A stretch of 63,189 nt of DNA, counting the filler, from Reclinomonas americana ATCC 50394 (Eukaryota): NCBI GenBank assembly GCA_048213135.1. It is 13 parts of 13 records of this genome, joined end to end, with 100 filler letters (N's around TTAATTAATTAA, not from the genome) between each part and the next. Parts side by side here need not be neighbours in the genome. Positions count along the whole stretch, not along the records: positions 7,195 to 13,524 come from AFZH01023724.1; positions 13,625 to 16,353 come from AFZH01023727.1; positions 16,454 to 21,068 come from AFZH01023729.1; positions 21,169 to 26,940 come from AFZH01023730.1; 9 more parts are not named here. One strand, written 5' to 3'. Positions 11,622 to 24,269 of the stretch are shown in pieces. Under the pieces are notes generated by a model, which saw only the letters and a program-made list of their open reading frames with translations, did not search any database and had not been told where the DNA came from. The position numbers were made by a program, and so were the translations under genes. Position 1 is the first letter of the stretch, and each line of letters begins with the position of its first letter.

Positions 11622-11843
11622 TTGACAGCGCGGACCTGATTCCACCTGCTCATTTTTGTGCGAGCCGTCGTAGTTTGTTTCTCTTAGCATTGTGAATACA
11701 CATGGACATGAAGTTGTCGCAATCGCTTGTGCGCGGGGCAGCATTTGTCAGTGTGTGATGGTGGCGCGATTCCGATGTGAACGACCAAGATATGTCGGAG
11801 CAACATTGAGATATTCATGCAATTGAATTCGCCCCTGGCACCC

Positions 11844-13380
11844 TCACCGCCCCACCGCCACAATCGTGTGCAACCCGTACCCATCACCCGCATCGAGTCC
11901 ACCCACTCGCACGCGGCACACCGGACACACACCATTCGTCGCCACCACTTGCTCTGCGCATTGCTTGCAGAGCACCTCGTGCGTGCAAGGAACAAGTCTC
12001 GTCTCGCGCGGCAGCCGGTCGCACGCCATGCACGACCGCCGGGACGCCAAAACCGTGAGGTCGACCAGCTCGGAAGCCACTTGCTGCGCCGTGGGTCGTC
12101 GAGCTGGACGGCCATCTAGGCATCTGCGAAGGCGGAAAGTCAATCCACATCTCCAGTTGCTCGTTTCACTCACGCTCTCTCTCTCTCTCTCACAGCGAAA
12201 GAGAACAGAAGCATCTATGTCTTACGATCCTGTGCCTGCTGGGGATTTGCTCTCTGACACACATACAGCTGGGCGAGGGGATGGGATGGGATGAGGAGGA
12301 GAGAGAAGGAGAGTTGTGGTGGTGAAGAGGAGTGCACCCACAGATCGCCTTTGATATGGATAGAGCGATTGAAACAATCTATGTCTCTCTTCTTCCTCCA
12401 TCCCCTTGTTCAGCAAGTTCCCCTTCTCCCTCTCGACCTTCTTCTGCTTCTCCTTGACTTTCTTTCGTTTTTCCTCGCCAACCTTCTTCTCCCTCGACCT
12501 CTTCCTTTTCCTTCTCCTTGCTCATCCCCTTCATCTCCACCACTTGATTGCTCTCACTTGTGTTCTTCTCCTTGTATTGCTCCTCCTCTTTTTTCTCCGT
12601 CTTGTCCTTCTCCTCCTTCAGTTTCGTTATTCCTCGCCAACCTCACTTCTCCCTCAGATCTCTTCCTTCTCCATCCCCTTGGTCATCCCCCTTTCTCTCG
12701 ACCACTTGATTGCTCTCGCTTGTGCTTTTTCCTTGTCTGCTCCTCTTCTTCCTCCTTTTCTCCTTCTTGCCCTTCCCCAGCTTCTCCTTCAGTTTCGTTA
12801 TTCCTCGCCTTCTTCACTTCTCTTCTTCCTCTTTCTCCTTGCTCACCACCTTCCCCTCCAGACCACTCGATTGCTCTCGCTTGTGCTCTTCTCCTCGTAT
12901 TGCTCTTCCGTCCAATCTGCCCTTCTCTCTCCCTTTCCTATTCTTCCTCTCTCTCTCTCTTTGGTCAGTTCCATTCGTTCACATAAGCTGCCTCGCCACC
13001 TAATCCTCTCGATGCACCGTGCCTTTCCCTAAACCTTCCCACTACAAACCTCAGCGCCAGCCGCACAAGGCCTCCACACACAGTCGCCGGCCACGGACGA
13101 CCGACTCGCGCATCGGCAAGCTCCACGGCCGCACGCACCAGTGCCTGCCCGCCGCTGCCGTCGTCGTCGTCGTCCTCCGCACTCTCCACCAACTCCTCCA
13201 ACGACTCCAAGCGCCGATGCACCTCCTCGATCGGCAGTCCGCTCAACACCTGCAGCACAATCAACCCCAGCGTGAACACGTCCGAGCTCGACCGCAGCTG
13301 TGCGTGCATCGCCTTGGGGTCGGTGTACTTTGGGTCGCTCATGAAGGGGACCGTGGCGCGGCTCTGGGAAGCGCAGAGGA
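11844..13380 (-). CDS. IRAK/Pelle-type kinase C-lobe plus C-terminal RING finger (C3HC4, IAP-like); 5' part lost in the gap
   Basis: KYTDP..SSSDVFTLGLIVLQVLSGLP..LADARVGRPWP..LVRLALR, intron ~13048-12124, then CLDGRPARRPTA and CMAC..LVPCTHEVLCKQCA..CPVCR. Stop at 11844. Confidence 0.8.
12430..12920. repeat. Pyrimidine-rich intronic repeat (~165-bp period) in the kinase-RING gene
   Basis: accact(t/c)gattgctctc(a/g)cttgtg at ~12540, ~12701 and ~12862; ccttcagtttcgttattcctcgcc occurs twice. Confidence 0.75.
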
Positions 13381-13624
13381 GTGAGATGGCGAGGAGAAGC
13401 GAGAGGGAGACCGAGATGGGAACGCTGGAAGCAGCGAGAGGGAGCGGGAGCAGCGACAGGGAGCGGGAAAAGCGAGAGGAGCGGGAGCAGCGAGAGGGAG
13501 TGAGCAGCGAGAGGGAGCGGGAGCNNNNNNNNNNNNNNNNNNNNNNNNNNNNNNNNNNNNNNNNNNNNTTAATTAATTAANNNNNNNNNNNNNNNNNNNN
13601 NNNNNNNNNNNNNNNNNNNNNNNN

Positions 13625-16353
13625 GCCGGAAACGTGGTTGTGCACGGTTCGCTCTCGACATGTTCACTAGTTGTGCCAACAGTGTCTGACTTGTTGCCTC
13701 TCTCTCCTCCTCCTCCTCTCTCTCTCTCCCTCCCTCTGTTGTCAACTCTGCAGACTCGATGCTCCAGTTGCAGGGGTCACTGGCGGACACGATCGTACCG
13801 ACCAATAGCACTGTGTCACTCGGCTGGACGTGCAATCGCGCCGACCAGTCGTACGTGCATGTGCTGGCGATTGAGAAGATTGTTGATATCTCGCAGCCCT
13901 CTCTTGCGTCTCGCTATTCATACGTGGAGACGTCGTTGCCTGTCAACAGCGCCTTTGCCAATGTGGTTCGTCTGTCACTCGTCTGAGTTCCACTTGGGGG
14001 AAGCGGCCAGTACTCACGCACACGACACAGGATCCGAGAACCTTGGTGGACTACGACCCAGCTACCGAGCGGGTGACCGCTCTGGTCCTGGGCGGCGCGT
14101 CGTCGTGTGTTGGATCGGATGCCGCGACCGTGTCATCGGTGCCGTTAGATACTGGAGAAGCGGGGTCGTCAGCGTCGCTCGCTCCATTGTCGGTGACGGC
14201 TCGCACAGTGCGAGCTGCTGTCACGAACTCGATCAGTTGGGTGATTTCACCGGACTGGCCACAGACCACATCTGTGCGGCTGGTCGTGGTCGACGCCACA
14301 GCCACGGCAATCAGTGCGGACACTCGCTTCTTCACTGTCGGTATGCTCACTCTACTATGTCGTACTTCGTGGTACGTGTGGTGAGCAGAGACTGACTCGT
14401 TGCGTCCAGGTGCTTCTGTGGCCTCGTTGACGATTGGCGACTGGGATGTGCGTGCCTGCGACAACATTTTCGATTGCTACTGGTACGCAGTGGTGGCTGG
14501 TGCGTGGGTGATTGTGGTGGCTGTGTTGGCGATCTATGCCGTCGTGGTTTGCATTCGGCGTCGCCGTGCCCCCGCTTCGGAGTCGACACAAGCGGCGCCA
14601 GTGGTGTTTGCCGATCTTCAGCCTTCTGTGCCTGCGTCTGCGCGCAAACTCTTTAGTTGCGAATCGGCCTTGCATTTTACTTTCCTACACTCTCGATCTC
14701 ACCGAGATGTGTGTGCAGATGTCATGCCAACACCTGCGCCAATTGTCAAGTGGCCGGTGGTACCCACTCGCGCATGGGAGGAGCCCGATGCTCTTGAGGT
14801 TTCCACGGACGAAGTGGTGGCTGCACGGCAAAAGTTGTTCCCGGAGGACGGTGGTATAACGCAGTGGGGTACTTCGCAGTCTGATGCTCCACCACTCCCT
14901 GCGGTTCGCGCCCTACCGCCAGTCTCCCGTGTGTTGGAGACAGCAGAGTTGTCTCGGCGGCGTCATGTCGCGTTGCTTGTTGCGTTTCGCCGTGATGTGT
15001 GCGAGTCGACAGCAAATCTGTGCTTACCCTACCTGCGCTTTCCTTTTTTTTCAGGATCCGAGCTCAATGTCACAGCCACTTCCGTTACCACCTCCCATCT
15101 CGCTTGCGGCGCAGCAGCGACTGGCGGTGAGTGGTGTTGAGGACGCAGCTGGTGCCGGTGTACTTCTCCCTGGCGCGGTGCAAGAGCCGGTGGCGCCGGC
15201 AGAACAGTCCACCGATGCTGGTGAGGACCAAGTGCTGCCGGGTGCAGAGCGTACTCGCAGTCCCTCGCAACTTCCGTCGCGGCCATCATCCGCTGGCAGT
15301 GGTGGTGAGCGTGCTGCCATTGTGGCTCGACTGCTTGCCCGGCGTTCGTCCGCCGTGTCGCAGCCGGACGACATGTTTGGCGTGGTGCCTGACGGCGAAA
15401 CTGCGCCGTCAACTGTCGCCAGTTCGGTACGCACGTCGCCAGTGCAGGCGTTGGCGGAAACATGGGCCGAGCGCACCGCGGCTTCTCACGCGAGAGCCAG
15501 TCCGAGACCGAGTATCACGCGTCCGAGCCTGGCTGCGCTGTCAGAATCAAGTGCAGTCTCGCTTGTTCTTCGCGAAACTCCTGGTGCTCCACACGACTCT
15601 CGTTCGCGTCAGGCGGAGACTCCGGGTGCCGGCGACATTGGTGACGAGCGAATCGTTTTCATTCCACCAACCGGTGCAAAGCTGCCTCCACCCTCGCCTC
15701 CATCGTTGCGTTACCTTGCCTTTTTTGTCCGCTAGTGAGTCGGTTGTTGCTCACACCCCGTCGTCGTTCACACATGACAGAGGCCCTGCGGACGACAAGT
15801 CGGTGAACGGTTCTGCCACGTCGCTCCTGTCGCGTCTGCGAGTGTCGCGCCCGCGGCCCAGCGGTCGGTCTCGTCGATTTATGATGGCGACTGCCAACTC
15901 TGACTCGGACGAAAATGAGCTGTCGTCGTCGGCTTCGCGAAGTCGATCGCGGGTGAACACTGCCTCGGGCAGCATGAGTTCATCAACAGGTGACACACGA
16001 TCGACGCACACCAGCAGTGCAATCGGCGACACAGATGACGAGGACGCGTGGCGTCGGCGGTCAGGTACGCAAGAAAACAAGCAGGCAGACACGCAGAGAA
16101 AGAAGAAGAAGAAGAAGAAGAAGAGAGGAGGAGCAGACATATGCTGCAGGTGGTTTGTAGTAATTCGTGGATGGAGGCTGAATGCATGTTTGTGTTGTGC
16201 GTGTGTTCTAGTTGCTGCGGCTGGCGTTGCTGGAGAGCGTGCACCTGCTGCAAGCCCTGGAGCTGGCGCTGCGCTGCACTCACCGGAGGTCGCTGCTGGT
16301 CTTTCTCCGCGGCGATATGCGCCGTCGAGACGCGATGAAGATAACGGTTTGTG
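13625..16353 (+). CDS. Orphan single-pass (type I-like) membrane protein, multi-exon, truncated by gaps at both ends
   Basis: Beta-rich exons (13754-14340), a hydrophobic helix WYAVVAGAWVIVVAVLAIYAVVVCI followed by RRRR, then a long Ser/Pro/Arg-rich tail. No family recognised. Confidence 0.55.
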
Positions 16354-16453
16354 NNNNNNNNNNNNNNNNNNNNNNNNNNNNNNNNNNNNNNNNNNNNTTA
16401 ATTAATTAANNNNNNNNNNNNNNNNNNNNNNNNNNNNNNNNNNNNNNNNNNNN

Positions 16454-17176
16454 GACCGTGCACGCACACAAGTCGCGTAATCTAACACAAACCCCTCCGC
16501 CAGCACAGTCTCCAAAAACGTCAGCAGGTGGTCGTAGAAACCACCAGTGTTGAGCAGGCCGACCGGCTTGCGAATGTGGCCCAACTGCTCATGAACGCCA
16601 TGGTGTGTGTGTGTGTATGTGTGCGCGAGAGACGAGCACAGTGCGACAAACACACACCTTGGCCGCACACCACATCTCAAACAGCTCATCAAAGGTACCA
16701 ATGCCACCCGGCAACGTAATGAACGCGTCGGCCTCCGCCTCCATCATGTTCTTCCGCTCGCTCATGCTGCTCACCTCGACCACATTGCCGATGAACTCAC
16801 CCGAGCTGCAAGCAGGCAATAAGCAAATGCAACAGAAAGCAGAAAGAAAGCAAACAACAAACGCAACAGCTCGCGATGAAAGAGACTCGTCGGCACAATG
16901 CCCAACACCTCGCCACCGCGCTCAATGACCGCTCGCGCCACAACGCCCATCAAGCCTACAGTGCCAGCACCGTACACAAGCCGCACTTTGTTGTCGGCCA
17001 ACAGCGCGCCAAGACGCTGCGCAAACAAAAAGCAGGTCAGCAATCACCTGCATGTGTGCGTGTGTTTATGCACATGCCTTGGTCGGCTCCACCAGTGCAT
17101 CACGCGGCATGCACGAGCCACAGAACACACACACGCTGCGCAGAGGCGCAAAGGCACCGCTCTCCTCACTGGCCAT
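16454..17176 (-). CDS. LOG: LOG family (cytokinin riboside 5'-monophosphate phosphoribohydrolase-like); 3' truncated
   Basis: [40 protein letters not shown] and [18 protein letters not shown] motifs. Confidence 0.92.
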
Positions 17177-17444
17177 TTCTATCGCGAATTATTCAGTGAC
17201 TCATACCTCTTTCCGCTCTGCTGCGCGCTCTCTGCTACATAAGCATGCTGTGGTGCTGCTGTTGTGTATCCACGCCACCGGCGGTCAAAGAGAAGCGGCG
17301 ACGCGAGAAGCAACAACAACAGGCGTCATCGGAACAACAACAACCACCAGTCACAGACATGAATTCGTAATAAACTCGACTTTTTGTTTCCGTCATGTTG
17401 TTGTCCCGCGTGTCTGTGAGCGTGTGTGTTAGTGAGAGAGAGCA

Positions 17445-18637
17445 ATGGCGACACCGTATTTACTTGCGTCGTTTCTCTTCTCGCTGATCATCGGCGGCTT
17501 TGCGCTTGTCATGATTCCGTGGACACGCAGGCAAGCACCACTCACACATGCCTCTCTCTCTCATATGCTCTTTCTCTCATCACGTGGGCTCCACTCTCTC
17601 TCTCATTAGTGTGCGACGAAGAGCGATTCGTCGCGTGGTCAAAGCCGCCGCAGAGTTAGCTGCGAAACCGCGTGATGACTTTTCCTCGGCGTCGTCCACC
17701 TCCTCGTCTGTGTGGGATATGCCTGATGAGCATCGTTGAGCACATGAGAGAGAGTGTGTGTGTGAGTGATTGAGTGCGTGCGTGCATTGATGATTGATTT
17801 GTGCAGGAGCTGAGTTTGCAGAAGTCGCGCGCATGGAGACACTAGGTGTGTGCGTGATGGCATTGTTTGCAGCATGCGCGTGCTTTTGTGTTGATGTGTT
17901 TTGTGGCGAGCAGGCAGTGGCAAGTTCACGTGGTCTGAGTTGTTTGCGTGGAACACGCCGAATGTTTCGTGCAGTCACAGTCAATCTGCAATGCGTGTGT
18001 CTGCGACGCTCATCATCGTGGGTAGTTGGAGAAGCGGCTGAGTCGAGAGGCGGTGGTATTCATGGCGTACGAGAAGCGGTTGATTGTGCTGCTGCTCATG
18101 CTGCTGCTGCCGGCCATGTGTGTGACGCTGCCGCTGAACATCACTGGTGACTCCATTGTCCGACGGCAAGACCTGGTGGTGCAAAGGTCTCTCTCTCTCT
18201 CTCTCCCCTCCCCCCGCCTCCCAGCTCGTACTCACAACCCGCGGCGCTGCGCAGCGGACTGAACGAGACGTACACCACATTCGACTATGTCACGATTGAC
18301 AATGTGCTTGCCGATCCGCACCGCCTGTGGGGCCACTTCTGCGTTGTGGCCTTCACCATTGTGGTGATCATGTGGGGCTTCTCGTCGTTTCACGTCCGGC
18401 CTCTGTCGTTCCGTCTGCCGCGCACCCAGTTCCACATGGTGTCGTTGCGTTCCGAGGCCTCGCTCGACACGCGCACACTCGATCCGGGCACATCACCGCG
18501 GACCGTCATGTTTTCGGGTTTGCCACACAAGCGTCTCGCCGAAGTGCGGGAGCTCATTATGGAGAAACTGAGCACGGTGTTGAATCCGCGTTGTGTGCTC
18601 CACGTTGAGGTATGCGCCGTGTTATGCACACACACAC

Positions 18638-18712
<75 letters not shown>

Positions 18713-21068
18713 CGTGGTGCCAGTTACTCAAGTGCCTATCAATGTGGCAGGTCATTCCGCGTCTGGATCGCCTGGTCAAGGCACTGGATTCCTCCACACG
18801 CTTCAAGAACCGCCTCGCTCGTGCACAGATCTTGCGTAGCTTGGACCACAAGATGAGCCATCGGATGACGTACCTCTGCTGCTGTTGTGTGTGCTTTGGA
18901 AAGTGAGTTGCTCCGCTGCTTCACTGTGTTTGCCGCACCTCCGCCAACCATGTGAGGGTGCAATGCGACACAGAGAAGAGCCGGGAGTTGTCGACATTGA
19001 GCATCGGTATCGTCGACGGAAGAACCGGGTGGCGCGCGAGTTCTCCACCGTCGATCTGCAGTCGCCGCACACAATGTGCGGCTCTCGTGCATTTGTGACT
19101 TTTAATTCCGAGGAGGCTGCGCATGCGTGCTTGCGGGTTAGTCGATGCAGCGCGATGCTGCTCTCTTCCCTTTTGCTGCATTCTGACGCGTGCGACCGCG
19201 CAGAATCCTCCCAAGGGCATGTCTGTTAGCCGCGCACCGCGACCGCAGGATCTGGTGTGGCAGAACCTGCATCACTCGTGGTGGATGCGTGCGCTGGCCA
19301 TCATCTTCTGGACGTCGGCATTCATCGTCTTTGTGGTGTTCTTTTCGTCGCCACTGGCACTGCTGACGTCGCTGCAGTCGGTCTGTGCCTTCAATCGCTC
19401 GAGTCGTGCGCTCACGCTCTCCGTGGTCTCACGTTTGCATTCTTGTGCGACGCAGCTGGTGCACGTCGACATTATCAAGGGCACCATCGCACTGCTCGTC
19501 AACGACAATGCTTTCCTGTCGGCGCTCGTCACCAGCGCCGTGCCGACCATGTTTTTGTACTCTGTGAATGTGTTCCTCCCCGGATTCTTCTTGTGGTACG
19601 CCCGCACTGGTCTTGCGTGCCAGTCACGTGCCTCACCTCCCCGCCTCTTGTGGACTGCAGGGTCGCGCGAAGAGAGCGACCAATCTCGACACATGACCTC
19701 CGGCTGTCAGTGCTCACGCGCACCTGTGTGTACCTGACATTTAGCACGGTGGTGTTGCCGTCGCTCACGCTGAGCACCGTGGCTGCGTGGATGTGCGTCA
19801 GTCGTTGCTTGTGGGAGTGATAGTGATGGCATCTGGGACCTCACACCTTTTTGCTGCACGCAGTCAATACGCACAACACCAAGGCTCCTTTGCCAGTGTG
19901 GTCAGAAATGTTGCGTGGGGGATTGATTGCTCGTTGCCTTGTGACTGCTGCTGACCCTATTCCTGCAGATGTTCCTGCCTGACAGGTACCTGTGACTATC
20001 TTCGATGTTTGTGAGTGTGCGTTTGTGGCTAACCCAGTGGGTGTGAGCAGCGGTGCATTTTTCGTGGCGTACTTGATGCAGGCCATGTTGCGTCGCTGTG
20101 CGACCGTGTCGTTGGCGTAGTGTCCAGCTTGCTGACTTGCGCTTTACTGCAGGATCGTTGGCAATAGCTTCGCCCTGGCACAGTTGCCGAAATTCGTGAC
20201 GCTCAACTTTCGGGTGCGCCTCACATATTACCACGTTGCATCGGGTGCGCTGCTGTGCTCACTTTCTGCTGGACAGGCATTCCACGCTGTAACTCCACAG
20301 GAAATGCGGCAGGCCATCGAGCCCATCTCCTTCAACTACAACAGCAACTACTCGCAAGTGTCACTGCTTTTCGGCATCACCGTCGTCTACTCTGTGTTTG
20401 TACCGGTGGTGGTGCCGGTCGGCATCGGCATCCTCCTCTTTCGACTCTACATTCATGTACGTTTGCCGTGTGCCTGACTCTATCTCAACAGGCGACGTCT
20501 CATTCTCTGTCGCCCCCCACAGAAATACAACTGGCTGAGCAAGACAAAGAGCCCGTACGGCCGCGGTGGCCGTCAGCCGCTCTTTTGCACGTCGGAAGTA
20601 TTGCGACGCGTCACGCTCGTCATCTATGGCCTGACCTTGTTGTTTGGCCTGTCGTGGGTCGGTGCGTCGCGTGCACTGCTTGTTTTGGGTGACGGATATG
20701 TGTGCGGAGACTGACTTTCTGTCTGTGACACAGCTTTCTGTTTCTTCCAGCAGGCCATCCCGCTGCTGGTTGTCAGCTGCGTCGGACTCGTCTGCGCGGG
20801 ACTGTACGTGTTGTGGTACGCGTATCGCGGGTTCACCAAGAACCGCATCCCATCTGTTGTGAATCCATCCAAGGTGTGTACGAGACGCGGCACGCTGCAC
20901 CTCTTGCTCCCGCTTCTCCTCATGGTGATGTCGTGGCAGATTGATATTCGCCCGCTTCTCGGGTCGCATCCGAATCTCGCCGACGCACCACCGGAGGTGG
21001 CCGCATCGATGCACGCCGAGCAGTCGGCCGTGTTGGCCGTTCTCGAGGCGCTGCCGCCAGAGCGTCTG
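17445..21068 (+). CDS. OSCA/TMEM63/CSC1 mechanosensitive channel family, many exons; 3' end at the gap
   Basis: N-terminal TM, LPLNITG, AFVTFNS, RAPRPQDLVWQNL, FNYNSNYSQ..ITVVYSVFVPVVVP and several TM exons. Confidence 0.85.
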
Positions 21069-21197
21069 NNNNNNNNNNNNNNNNNNNNNNNNNNNNNNNN
21101 NNNNNNNNNNNNTTAATTAATTAANNNNNNNNNNNNNNNNNNNNNNNNNNNNNNNNNNNNNNNNNNNNCGGGGAACGAGTGCGTCTGTCACGCGTAC

Positions 21198-22727
21198 CAT
21201 AAGGACGGCGATGGCACACGCAAAAACAACTCCGTAGTCGAAGATGGAGGCCCTGCCCACCAGCACCGAGTAGAAGATAAAGTCGCCGAGACCGAGATGC
21301 ACCTTTTCACCTGCGTCCCACTCACTTCTGTCAGATGTGCGAGGCGGTGGAAACAAATGCAGAGAGATGCATGCACGTACCCTTGTAGACCAGTGCCGGT
21401 AGTGTTTCGTTGCGCTCCTGCGCCGTTTCGACCAGCACCTTTAGCGGTCCGCGCGGTGTGAGGACGACGACCAGGTCGTAGATGGCGACCAGTGCCAAGA
21501 ACACCCATGTTGTCCACTCGGGCAGGCGCACCAGCCACCAACCCTACAGTGCGTTCTCAGGAAGAGAGGGGAGGGGGGGGGGGGGGAGGGAGGAGGGAGA
21601 AGGTGAGCAAGACGAACCACCATGGCTCCCAGCAGCACCGTGTAGCAGCGGTTGATAAACACTGGTCCGTGCCAAAATAGTGTCAAGCAGCCGACCTACG
21701 TGTGCACGCAGCGTGAGGGGTGCGGGGTTGTGTGTGTGTGTGCGAGAGAGAGAGAGACGAACCACCGCAAAATTGTACAGAACCAAACTGAAGGTGAGCC
21801 AGTCGCACCGAATGTTGTACGATTGGAGGAACAAGCTGCCGCCGTCGCCCGCATGAGCACTCTGTGTCGTGAAGGAATACAGCAACTTGATAGAGGACGC
21901 AACTACAGCCACGCGAATCCAAACATGAACACCATGAGGATCGCCGAGCCAATCAGCCACACGTAAATGACCTGCCAAAGACAAGCAAGAGATGAGAGCC
22001 GGCAACGGCCTGAGGAAACGCCCGCTCGCACAACACGCAACCTTCATGCAGCGCATCTTGTACAGAATCACCAACAACACCGTGACCAACAAAATGATGC
22101 CGACCAGCACCAAGGCATTCAACAGGGAGCCACCCAGTCGCGTCGACACTGAATCATCCGAGCTCTCCGTGTACACCAGTCCCAGACTACACGCAAGTCG
22201 CACCTGAGCCAGCACTACGCAAGAGCGGCCTCGCGCGACCGCAACTCACCTCGACTGCCCGAACTTTTGCAACGTGGAGAAGAAGGTGCGCACGGCCCAC
22301 AGCACCAGCAACAGACACATGAGCACCGGCATCAGCACAGAGACCACAGAGATGGAGTATGTCTTGACAGTCTTCCACTTGTAGCGCTGTCGCTGCAATC
22401 GTTGCTCGGTCGTCGACACTTGTCTATCATCATCATCATCATCATCAATCAATGCACGATGTGTTGTGTGAGTGTGTGCACAGCCAGACAGACAGGAGAG
22501 ACCACACGCAACGAGACAACAGGAGGAGCAACGAGTGCGTCATCAGCGGCCACCTCTTGTGCCCTCACTGCAACGTGTGTCTGCGGAGGTGCTTGCTGCT
22601 GCTGTTGTGCGACTGCTGCTCCCTCATCCTCATCGTCATCATCCCACTGTCCATGCCACCCAGCCGCCGACTGCGCGCTCATTGGCCGCATCTCGGTGCC
22701 TTCCTCCCCATCACCGCGTCTTCCCAT
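21198..22727 (-). CDS. PSEN: Presenilin (gamma-secretase catalytic subunit); last exon(s) with the PAL motif lost in the gap
   Basis: [48 protein letters not shown] and [16 protein letters not shown] (YD and GxGD catalytic motifs). Confidence 0.93.
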
Positions 22728-22811
22728 TGTGTCTGTGCGTGGCGAGCATGCAAGAGATTGTCTTTCGTGCACTGTTTGGTTTGTACTCTCCTCCCCCGCG
22801 CACACTGACTG

Positions 22812-24193
22812 ATGCTGCGCGTGCTGCTGAGACACTCCTCATCACAGTCACCACCAATGAGCACACTGACAGAGTGGGCGCATCGCATCCTCGCGGAGCA
22901 CAATGTCTTTGAAAAGGTATCTCTTTTCTCACTCCGTGGTGCATGCATTCTCCACTTACACAAGCACGTAGGCTGTGCTGACGGATCAAGCGTACGCGGC
23001 ATGGAGAACAGGCACGTTGCCTGTGGGCGACACACCAGTGCCTGCGTCGCCTGCGCGTCCACTGGATGTGGAGGTGGTGGCGCCGGGCAAGACGCCCAAG
23101 CGCTCGGCCGCTGGCAACGTGAAGAACCGGTGTGCGATGTTGCACTCGTTGGCGCACATTGAGTCGTGGGCCATGGACTTGTCGTGGGACATCGTCGCGC
23201 GTTTTGTCGAGCAGCAGGAGTTGCCGAGAGAGTTTTTCGATGATTGGGTCAAGGTCGCGCATGATGAGAGCAGGGTTCGTCGTCGATACCAGCGTGCGTT
23301 TGTGCTGTCTATGCTGTTGTCGTTGTTGTCGTTGATGAAAGAGGAGAGCAGCATTTCCGCATGCTGCACGAGCGCTTGTCGGCGATTCAGCTGGAGAATG
23401 AGATGACGGAGGGAGCGAGCGGGCGAGTGGGATATGGGAGTCTGCCGGTGCATCAGGCGTTGTGGGAGAGTGCGGAGAGTACGGCGGACTCGCTGCTGGC
23501 GCGGCTGGCGATTGTGCATCTGACGCATGAGGCGCGTGGGTTGGATGTGACGCCGGCGACGATTGCCAAGTTCCGGTCGGCGGGCGACGTGGAGAGCGCG
23601 GAGATGCTCGAGGCGATTCACAAGGTGATCGCAGGAGGTGTGCGTTTATATCATGCTGTGTGCTCACTCGCCGTTGGGCAGGATGAGATCACGCACGTGA
23701 CTGCCGGCATGAAGTGGTTCACGCGGCTGTGCGGCCACGAGGCGCTTGATGACCAGCTCCAGATGTTCTACAGCTTTGTCTGTGAGCGATTCTACGGCAG
23801 TTGCGTGGAGAGCGATCGACAGTCGTCGACAGTCGAGTGTACGCTCAACGCACATGCACAGGTCTCAAGCCACCATTCAACGACGAAGCGCGCCACGAAG
23901 CCGGTGTGTAAATATCGAAACAAAATCTCTCTCTTTCCTCGCTACGTGCTGGCTCATCGCCCTCGCCGCTCTCGCACAGGCATGACCGACCCGTGGTACT
24001 TGCCACTGGCCGAAGTCAAGCAGGCCTACATTGATCGGAAACGAGCGGCCGAGGCCGAGGCGCACGCGTCAGCCTCAGGTCTGCATGTGCCTCGGCGAAG
24101 TTGTGAGCCTGATAACTCACTTTATTGTCGTGCCCAGATCAAGCCTCGTCGTCGAGTACGCCCACCGCTGCAGCAGCTGCCGCCGCCGAATAG
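22812..24193 (+). CDS. DUF455 ferritin-like protein; possible mitochondrial presequence, alternative ATG at 22857
   Basis: MLHSLAHIESWAMDLSWDI, DWVKVAHDESRHF, YGSLPVHQALW, HEARGLDVTP, DEITHVTAGMKWF and GSLKPPFN. Confidence 0.88.
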
Positions 24194-24269
24194 AATGTGT
24201 CGACGTTGCTGTTGAAGTGAAGAGACAGACGTCGCGCAAGTTCGTTTTCGTCCCTTTGTTGCTGTCTCC

